A DNA stretch of 39,605 nt from NCBI GenBank assembly GCA_032718475.1, contig JAUCBJ010007737.1, forward strand, positions 1-39,605, in the 5' to 3' direction. Origin of the DNA: Nemertoderma westbladi. Taxonomy: Eukaryota; Animalia; Xenacoelomorpha. Below, in pieces: positions 23,323 to 33,044 of this stretch. Position 1 is the stretch's first letter. Each line of letters starts with the position of its first letter. Below the pieces are notes generated by a model, which worked only from the letters and a program-made list of their open reading frames with translations, ran no database searches and was not told the DNA's origin. Position numbers and translations under genes: made by a program.

Positions 23323-23657
23323 GCCGTACTAAGGCATACTACAGTGGAGTACAGTGATTTAGTTACAGCAATACTGCTGTACAAGTACAATTCCACTTTA
23401 TATCCAATCAAATGGGATGTGTGTGGGTAGAGGGAATTTGAATTGTCATTTCATATTGTACTGCGTCAATATTATACTGTACTGTGTCAATATAATACTG
23501 TACTGTGTCAATATTATATTGTACTGTGTCAATATTATATTGTGCCGTGCTGTGTCAATATTTAAACTGAACTGTGTCAATATTTTGCAGTATTTTTAAA
23601 TATTGCAACCCCACTTCAAATATTGAATTTTGAGCCAGATATGATGCCATACATTTC

Positions 23658-24297
23658 GGGCTACGAAATGTAACAAATGAGCCCAACCACATAGTCAGGG
23701 AGCAGCAGGTGGTCGATGGCGGATGTTGGTCTCCCGTGCCGGTGCGACTTGGGGGTTCGGGGGGTCCTTCTTCAGGTAGACTCAGGCGTTGTTCGACATG
23801 AAGGTGATAAACCTGCCGGGTTCTATGCCAACCGCTCCCCGAAGCAAATTCTGTAGTCGGCGGAGAACGACAAGAAACTGCCATACGGGCCGTTACAGCA
23901 CGGTGGGCTGACTTTTCCCCGTTCATCGCGTCATGCGATGGTGTGCTTGCCCCACAGGCCAACAAACTGCTCCGTGTGATCGCGTCCACATAGTGTTGTA
24001 ATGGGTTGGGTGAGGCCGGGTCAGCTCCAACTATTGCGTGACGCATCCCATTGCGTTCGTGGGTCGCGGACCAAATAGGGGAGCGGTTTAGGTTTGGATG
24101 ACGGCGCTGCTGGGCTGCCATAAACCGTAACTAACGGACATACCATCTTGTGCTTTATTATTCCACCTAATAAATTAATTGATTTAAATATTAATGTCTT
24201 AAAATTTATTTTAGTTTCAAGTCTCTTATTTTAATTAATAGCGTTTGTATTATTAAATTGATGTTGCATCTAAACCAATAATAATAATAATAATAAT
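23658..24297 (+). mobile_element. 3' fragment of a CRE-like non-LTR retrotransposon (restriction-like endonuclease region, 3' UTR, (AAT)n tail)
   Basis: Frameshifted motifs VTNEP, RCDLGVRG, QALFDMKVIN, FSPFIASCDGVLAPQANKLLRVIA, VMGWVR, CVRGSRTK*..GLDDGAAGLP*, then an AT-rich UTR ending in (AAT)7. Confidence 0.75.
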
Positions 24298-24366
24298 ATA
24301 CTAACTTAAATCCTTTTCGTATTAATTCTAGATGAATTGCAAAACATTGCTAATATATTGTGGCTT

Positions 24367-27300
24367 GTTAGTTAGTTATACTGTAGTTGTTCACTTCACA
24401 GAATGAGTCCCGCCAACTCGGATGTTAGTTAGTTATACTGTAGCACAGAATGAGTCCCGCCAACTCGAATGTTAGTTAGTTATACTGTAGTTGTTCACTT
24501 CACAGAATGAGTCCCGCCAACTCGGATGTTAGTTAGTTATACTATAGTTGTTCACTTCACAGAATGAGTCCCGCCAACTCGGATGTTAGTTAGTTATACT
24601 GTAATTGTTCACTTCACAGAATGAGTCCCGCCAACTCGGATGTTAGTTAGTTATACTGTAGTTGTTCACTTCACAGAATGAGTCCCGCCAACTCGGATGT
24701 TAGTTGGTTATACTGTAGTTGTTCACTTCACAGAATGAGAAACGCCAACTCGGATGTTAGTTAGTTATACTATAGTTGTTCACTTCACAGAATGAGTCCC
24801 GCCAACTCGGATGTTAGTTAGTTATACTGTAGTTGTTCACTTCACAGAATGAGTCCCGCCAACTCGGATGTTAGCTAGTTATACTGCAGTTGTTCACTTC
24901 ACAGAATGAGTCCCGCCAACTCGGATGTTAGTTAGTTATACTGTAGTTGTTCACTTCACAGAATGAGTCCCGCCAACTCGGATGTTAGTTAGTTATACTG
25001 TAGTTGTTCACTTCACAGAATGAGTCCCGCCAACTCGGATGTTAGTTAGTTATACTGTAGTTGTTCACTTCACAGAATGAGTCCCGCCAACTCGGATGTT
25101 AGTTAGTTATACTGTAGTTGTTCACTTCACAGAATGAGTCCCGCCAACTCGGATGTTAGTTAGTTATACTGTAGTTGTTCACTTCACAGAATGAGTCCCG
25201 CCACCTCGGATGTTAGTTAGTTATACTGTAGTTGTTCACTTCACAGAATGAGTCCCGCCAACTCGGATGTTAGTTAGTTATACTGTAATTGTTCACTTCA
25301 CAGAATGAGAAACGCCAACTCGGATGTTAGTTAGTTATACTATAGTTGTTCACTTCACAGAATGAGTCCCGCCAACTCGGATGTTAGTTAGTTATACTGT
25401 AGTTGTTCACTTCACATAATGAGTCCCGCCAACTCGGATGTTAGTTAGTTATACTGTAATTGTTCACTTCACAGAATGAGTCCCGCCAACTCGGATGTTA
25501 GTTAGTTTATACTGTAGTTGTTCACTTCACAGAATGAGTCCCGCCAACTCGGATGTTAGTTAGTTATACTGTAGTTGTTCACTTCACATAATGAGTCCCG
25601 CCAACTCGGATGTTAGTTAGTTATACTGTAGCACAGAATGAGTCCCGCCAACTCGGATGTTAGTTAGTTATACTGTAGTTGTTCACTTCACAGAATGAGT
25701 CCCGCCAACTCGGATGTTAGTTAGTTATACTGTAGTTGTTCACTTCACAGAATGAGTCCCGCCAACTCGGATGTTAGTTAGTTAGTTATACTGTAGTTGT
25801 TCACTTCACAGAATGAGTCCCGCCAACTCGGATGTTAGTTCGTTATACTATAGTTGTTCACTTCACAGAATGAGTCCCGCCAACTCGGATGTTAGTTAGT
25901 TATACAGTAATTGTTCACTTCACAGAATGAGAAACGCCAACTCGGATGTTAGTTAGTTATACTGTAGTTGTTCACTTCACAGAATGAGTCCCGCCAACTC
26001 GGATGTTAGTTAGTTATACTGTAGTTGTTCACTTCACAGAATGAGTCCCGCCAACTCGGATGTTAGCTAGTTATACTGTAGTTGTTCACTTTACAGAATG
26101 AGTCCCGCCAACTCGGATGTTAGTTAGTTATACTGTAGTTGTTCACTTTACAGAATGAGTCCCGCCAACTCGGATGTTAGTTAGTTATACTGTAGTTGTT
26201 CACTTCACAGAATGAGTCCCGCCAACTCTGATGTTAGTTAGTTATACTGTAGTTGTTCACTTCACAGAATGAGTCCCGCCAACTCGGATGTTAGTTAGTT
26301 AAAATACTGTAGTTGTTTACTTCACAGAATGAGTCCCGCCAACTCGGATGTTGGCTAGTTATACTGTAGTTGTTCACTTCACAGAATGAGTCCCGCCAAC
26401 TCTGATGTTATAGTTAGTTATACTGTAGTTGTTCACTTCACAGAATGAGTCCCGCCACCTCGGATGTTAGTTAGTTATACTGTAGTTGTTCACTTTACAG
26501 AATGAGTCCCGCCAACTCGGATGTTAGTTAGTTATACTGTAGTTGTTCACTTCACAGAATGAGTCCCGCCAACTCGGATGTTAGTTAGTTATACTATAGT
26601 TGTTCACTTCACAGAATGAGTCCCGCCACCTCGGATGTTAGTTAGTTATACTGTAGTTGTTCACTTTACAGAATGAGTCCCGCCAACTCGGATGTTAGTT
26701 AGTTATACTGTAGTTGTTCACTTCACAGAATGAGTCCCGCCAACTCGGATGTTAGTTAGTTATACTATAGTTGTTCACTTCACAGAATGAGTCCCGCCAA
26801 CTCGAATGTTAGTTAGTTATACTGTAGTTGTTCACTTCACAGAATGAGTCCCGCCAACTCATACACACTAGGATTGTGGCTTGTTAGTTAGTTATACTGT
26901 AATTGTTCACTTCACAGAATGAGTCCCGCCAACTCGGATGTTAGTTAGTTATACTGTAGTTGTTCACTTCACAGAATGAGTCCCGCCAACTCGGATGTTA
27001 GTTAGTTATACTGTAGTTGTTCACTTCACAGAATGAGTCCCGCCAACTCGGATGTTAGCTAGTTATACTGCAGTTGTTCACTTCACAGAATGAGTCCCGC
27101 CAACTCGGATGTTAGTTAGTTATACTGTAGTTGTTCACTTCACAGAATGAGTCCCGCCAACTCGGATGTTAGCTAGTTATACTGTAGTTGTTCACTTCAC
27201 AGAATGAGTCCCGCCAACTCGGATGTTAGTTAGTTATACTGTAGTTGTTCACTTCACAGAATGAGTCCCGCCAACTCGGATGTTAGTTAGTTATACTGTA

Positions 27301-27773
27301 GTTGTTCACTTCACAGAATGAGAACCGCCAACTCGGATGTTAGTTAGTTATACTGTAGTTGTTCACTTCACATAATGAGTCCCGCCAACTCGGATGTTAG
27401 TTAGTTATACTGTAGTTGTTCACTTCACAGAATGAGTCCCGCCAACTCGGATGTTAGTTAGTTATACTGTAGCACAGAATGAGTCCCGCCAACTCGGATG
27501 TTAGTTAGTTATACTGTAGCACAGAATGAGTCCCGCCAACTCGGATGTTAGTTAGTTATACTGTAGTTGTTCACTTCACAGAATGAATCCCGCCAACTCG
27601 GATGTTAGCTAGTTATACTGTAGTTGTTCACTTCACAGAATGAGTCCCGCCAACTCGGATGTTAGTTAGTTATACTGTAGTTGTTCACTTCACAGAATGA
27701 GTCCCGCAAACTCGGATGTTAGTTAGTTATACTGTAGTTGTTCACTTCACAGAATGAGTCCCGCCGACTCGGA
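24367..27773. repeat. 57-bp minisatellite (~60 copies)
   Basis: Unit GTTAGTTAGTTATACTGTAGTTGTTCACTTCACAGAATGAGTCCCGCCAACTCGGAT; recurrent 47-bp deletion variant lacking TTGTTCACTT. Confidence 0.98.
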
Positions 27774-27975
27774 CACACTAGGACAGCCAAGGATGCAGTT
27801 AAGGCTGCATCTAGATCCCTTAACAGGCAGTACTCAGATAATATGAAGGAGCTTATCAATATACAGTTTTATGCCATCAACAATGCCGATGATAGCAGGC
27901 AATCAGACCAATAATCGATGCAATCGATAAACCTGCTAACTGGGAGGAAAAGCTATGAGGAACAGCTAAGAGTTG
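27752..27975 (+). mobile_element. Possible RTE-like LINE fragment (linker region between endonuclease and RT)
   Basis: Reads AKDAVKAASRSLNRQYSDNMKELINIQFYAINNADDSRQSDQ*SMQSINLLTGRKS, resembling the recalled L..Y..I..I.NA..QS..W..IN..TGRK segment of invertebrate RTE-type ORFs; short and degenerate. Confidence 0.45.
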
Positions 27976-28954
27976 AGAGAGGGAGAGACTGCATCTGTTC
28001 CGTCGGGTTGGGTCATACCAATAATGTGAGAGGGCGATTAGAGAGGGAGAGACTGCATCTGTTCCGCCGGGTCATACCAATAATGTGAGAGGGCGATTAG
28101 AGAGGGAGAGACTGCATCTGTTCCGTCGGGTCATACCAATAATGTGAGTTGGAGAGACTGCATCTGTTCCGTCGGGTCTTACCAATAATGTGAGAGGGCG
28201 ATTAGAGAGGGAGAGACTGCATCTGTTCCGTCGGGTCATACCAATAATGTGAGAGGGAGAGACTGCATCTGTTCCGTCGGGTCATACCAATAATGTGAGA
28301 GGGCGATTAGAGAGGGAGAGACTGCATCTGTTCCGTCGGGTCATACCAATAATGTGAGAGGGCGATTAGAGAGGGAGAGACTGCATCTGTTCCGTCGTGT
28401 CATACCAATAATGTGAGAGGGAGAGACTGCATCTGTTCCGTCGGGTCATACCAATAATGTGAGAGGGCGATTAGAGAGGGAGAAACTGCATCTGTTCCGT
28501 CGGGTCATACCAATAATGTGAGAGGGAGAGACTGCATCTGTTCCGTCGGGTCATACCAATAATGTGAGAGGGCGATTAGAGAGGGAGAGACTGCATCTGT
28601 TCCGTCGGGTCATACCAATAATGTGAGAGGGAGAGACTGCATCTGTTCCGTCGGGTCATACCAATAATGTGAGAGGGCGATTAGAGAGGGAGAAACTGCA
28701 TCTGTTCCGTCGGGTCATACCAATAATGTGAGAGGGAGAGACTGCATCTGTTCCGTCGGGTCATACCAATAATGTGAGAGGGCGATTAGAGAGGGAGAGA
28801 CTGCATCTGTTCCGTCGGGTCATACCAATAATGTGAGAGGGCGATTAGAGAGGGAGAGACTGCATCTGTTCCGTCGGGTCATACCAATAATGTGAGAGGG
28901 AGAGACTGCATCTGTTCCGTCGGGTCATACCAATAATGTGAGAGGGCGATTAGA
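27975..28954. repeat. 46/59-bp dimorphic minisatellite (~18 copies)
   Basis: Core GAGAGGGAGAGACTGCATCTGTTCCGTCGGGTCATACCAATAATGT with or without a 13-bp GAGAGGGCGATTA module. Confidence 0.97.
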
Positions 28955-29895
28955 CACCTCCCGTTAAGAGTTCGGTGAAGTGGACTGTATATATACTGTA
29001 GGAAGGGAAGTTGAGATGAAAACAAGTATAAATCGATGTGAACTGCCGGAACTATTATATTATATCATTAGAATCAGTTATTATTAAGTAGGCTACTGTA
29101 CATATAGTTGATATATTACAGAAATTGCAGAAATACAGAAATACTATTTATTCCAAAATTGTAACATTACTCAACGCCGTTAGTATTAACAGCGAGTTGT
29201 TATTTAGCACTTTACAACTTTAGAGGACATTACAGCATTGTATTGGCCTGTACATTTAGTATTGTATTTGGTGTTATTGTTTACGTGGTAACCCATGACA
29301 ACGTTAAGTAATGTACACTAAGGGGACATTACTTAACGCCGTCATTGGATACCACGTAAACAATAGGTTGAAATTTGCCTGACAGCCAGATAGGCCTACT
29401 ACTGCATTACCTACCGGTAGGCGGGGTATAGCTGTTAATAACCAGTAGGGCCTAGCTATATTATTATAACATGGCTCCAAACGCCACCATAAAAATAAGC
29501 TAAACTTATTTATAACATAATTTATGTCATTTTTACATTTATTTATACAGCAACTAATATAATTTGTGCAGTTTCTATCAATTATAATGTATATGTACAA
29601 TCATTTCGTAATGTTAAAATTTTGGAATAAAACTACATACATACTTGTTGCAAAGTACTTTACAGTAGTGTTCTGATCCTCGTGGCTTTATTTTCACTCT
29701 CTCACTAACGTTCGTTCGTGTAACAAAATCACTCGGATCATCACACTTTAAAGTGCTACTTTACACACAACTATGTAAATAGTTATTGCAACATATGTAG
29801 TTATTACAGATAAAAATGCCGCTAATAATATAAAAACTTTTACTGTTGTAAAAGTCAGGGGCTTCTGGATGCTGGGTATTATTTACCGCTAGCCC

Positions 29896-31002
29896 GGAGG
29901 GTTGGGGCCAGAAAGTAGGGACTGTCTGGAGGGTTGGGGACCGAAAGTAGGGACTGTCTGGAGGGTTGGGGACCGAAAGTAGGGACTGCCTGGAGGGTTG
30001 GAGCCCGAAAGTAGGGACTGCCTGGAGGGTTGGGTACCGAAAGTAGGGACTGCCTGGAGGGTTGTGGCACGAAAGTAGGGACTGTCTGGAGGGTTGGGGC
30101 CCGAGAGTAGGGACTGTCTGGAGGGTTGGGGCCCGAAAGTAGGGACTGTCTGGAGTGGTGGGGCCCGAAAGTAGGGACTGTCTGGAGGGTTGGGGTCAGA
30201 AAGTAGGGACTGTCTAGAGGGTTGGGGCCCGAAAGTAGGGACTGTCTGGAGGGTTGGGGTCCGAGAGTAGGGACTGTCTGGAGGGTTGGGGCCCGAAAGT
30301 AGGGACTCTCTGGAGGGTTGGGCCCCGAAAGTAGGGACTGTCTGGAGGGTTGGGGCCCGAAAGTAGGGACTGTCTGGAGGGTTGGGGCCCGATAGTAGGG
30401 ACTGTCTGGAGGGTTGGGGCCCGAAAGTAGGGACTGTCTGGAGGGTTGGGGCCCGAAAGTAGGGACTGTCTGGAGGGTTGGGGCCCGAAAGTAGGGACTG
30501 CCTGGAGGGTTGGGGCCCGAAAGTAGGGACTGTCTGGAGGGTTGGGGCCCAAAAGTAGGGACTGTCTGGAGGGTTGGGGCCCTAAAGTAGGGACTGCCTG
30601 GAGGGTTGGGGCCCGAAAGTAGGGACTGTCTGGAGGGTTGGGGCCCGAGAGTAGGGACTGTCTGGAGGGTTGGAGCCCGAAAGTAGGGACTGTCTGGAGG
30701 GTTGGGGCCAGAAAGTAGGGACTGCCTGGAGGGTTGGGGCCCGAGAGTAGGGACTGTCTGGAGGGTTGGGGCCCGAAAGTAGGGACTGCCTGGAGGGTTG
30801 GGGCCCGAAAGTAGGGACTGTCTGGAGGGTTGGGGCCCGAAAGTAGGGACTGCCTGGAGGGTTGGGGCCCGAAAGTAGGGACTGTCTGGAGGGTTGGGGC
30901 CCGAAAGTAGGGACTGCCTGGAGGGTTGGGGCCCGAAAGTAGGGACTGTCTGGAGGGTTGGGGCCCGAAAGTAGGGACTGTCTGGAGGGTTGGGGCCCGA
31001 AA
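29896..31002. repeat. 32-bp G-rich minisatellite (~34 copies)
   Basis: Unit GGAGGGTTGGGGCCCGAAAGTAGGGACTGTCT. Confidence 0.98.
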
Positions 31003-33044
31003 ATCCTTAATCCGTCGTTGTGACGACGACGACAGACGGTCCACTAATGATGTCGCTACGTAACGGCTCATCTAGGCGGCTCGCACTGGCTCAGCTTTAC
31101 TTTCAGTAACGAATTAAGGACTACTTTACTGCACATGAGTAGGCTATTTTACAATGAAACCGAACACTTGAAATTGCTCTTGAATGGTCTCCAAATCATC
31201 CCCAAACAATCCCTTTCGCTTACATTATTAATTAAATTAAATACTAGCTAACTCGAGCTAGCAACTGCAAACGCTAAAATATTCTATAGTTAAATTAAAT
31301 TTTCTAATTGGAGTTTCAAATTTTTGTTACTTTTTCAAACTTCCTTTCTTTGCTCTACCGTTAGTAATAGGCCTACCCTCCATACCTTTTATAAAATAAT
31401 TGAGAAGTTCCACCAAAAATCTTAATCTATTTTGTAACAACTAAGTCTATTATCATGTTTTTGTTCAGGTTTTTTTTTCGAAATGTTACAATTTTGAAAT
31501 AAAACTACATTAGGCTTACATACACACTTGTTGCTAATTGTAATAATCTGATATTGGCTTCCGACACACAAACACACTGACCACGGCTGACTGTCACACA
31601 CAGACTTTTGGAAAACGGCCATAGTATAATTATATCAAATTATACTCTATGAAATGAAACTATTTATACCACCATTTGTAATAATAGGCCTAACTGTATG
31701 TTATTATAAACGCACACCAACAACGTGTAAGAAACTGACATGTGAATTAACTTATTGTAGCTGGTATCAATTCCCTCTGACTAGACCAGCCTTCACACGA
31801 TCTTGGGTAGTTGCAATTTTCTAAATTGTTTAAATCTCATATGTTCAAAGACCCTTTGAATTTATAAAATAATATGATTTGTACCGCGGTCGCTGTACCG
31901 ATCGGTACCGAGTTCTGTGCGTTTATATGAACATTCAGTGATCACTCCGTTGTTGGTTCTTTTTGGAAAGTTAAATGATTTAATAAAATTAAATCTATCA
32001 TCATATCAATCTCTTGTCATCAAGTATAGCTTTAACTGGTTAACAACTGAATTAAAAATCGCTCCAAACTGTCGCAAACTCTCCCAGAAGCTGCCTTGAG
32101 CCAAAAAAATATTGACCAAAGCTCACCAGAATCTCCCATCACAAACATATGACAGTTTATTGCGTTATGTACAGATTTAATTCAATGTATTTGAAACTGA
32201 CGTGTCATTCGTTTAAGTATCTTCTGATTAGGTTTCATGGTTGAATACGCAAGGGATGGTCGTTGCGCCCTCAGCAGATTTCAATCAAACCGAATCTCAG
32301 ATTCACCTTTATTTGGCTACACAATGAGGCTATTGATACTAGTGGAGGTGCCCCCAGCGGTGCAGCTCTACCTCCCTACTCATCTCATCCAAACCTATTC
32401 AGAATATCCCGGATACATCATCAATACCTCATTCCATCCTGACTGTGTTGACAACCAAATCCCTCTTGTTATGACCAATTTTATTATCCAAAACACGGCT
32501 TTCCAGAAAAATAGAATTATCTCGTTTCCCTCCAAAAGTTCATTCCACGTACCATTGTTTTGTTTCGGAAGATTACAGTGCTAGGAGCTTGTATAACAAC
32601 TTTCTGTGTTGGAAAATGTTATATGGAACCAACACTCATTCGAACTTGGTCGAGGTGCCACTATTACTACACCCAATCGAGGTGGAGGGGATGATAATAT
32701 AGGACGGGGTTAAACTAACGGGATATAAACTAGGGTTCGGTTATATAAAGGGGCCAAAACCAGCTATTTATCTTGATAATTTTGGATTTGATTTCCATGG
32801 TAATATATAATATATTGCGGATTGGATTCAACACAGACTATGATGTTGTAGGTATGTAATGTTGGACAACCACGACAATCTTATTGTCTACCAGAGTCTA
32901 CGTTGTATGTTACTGAGTGATAGTGATGTACAACAAGTATAAATCGTTTCACAACCTATTGCTTCTCTGTAACGATAACATAACAATATTGCTTGCTTCA
33001 TGATATGTTCACCTTTGGCTTAGTCTGTAAATCATCAGGGTAAT

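Larger units (their letters stand above)
22316..23651. mobile_element. Foldback-type non-autonomous DNA transposon, IS3EU-like termini, with 21-23-bp tandem repeats inside the arms
   Basis: Ends TATGGCATCATATCTGGCTCAAAATTCAATATTTGA / exact reverse complement; perfect 6-bp TSD CATTTC (22310-22315, 23652-23657). Arms contain AATATTGACACAGTACA units (about 30 left, about 6 right). Confidence 0.9.

Noticed and set aside
23555-24121. 188-aa minus-strand ORF
   Set aside because: Antisense to the recognisable CRE-like motifs and runs into the foldback arm.
24367-28954. CRISPR-like appearance of regular repeats
   Set aside because: No unique spacers, no cas genes, and a eukaryotic spliced-gene context.
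30214-31071. 285-aa Pro-rich ORF with a unique N-terminus and a GTAAAT donor-like site beyond the array
   Set aside because: Almost all of it is repeat translation; the unique 25 aa match nothing I recognise and no partner exons were found.
32237-32640. 115-aa ORF and a minus-strand HRKLLYKL peptide reminiscent of CR1/L2 RT
   Set aside because: Only a short match without neighbouring RT motifs; insufficient support.
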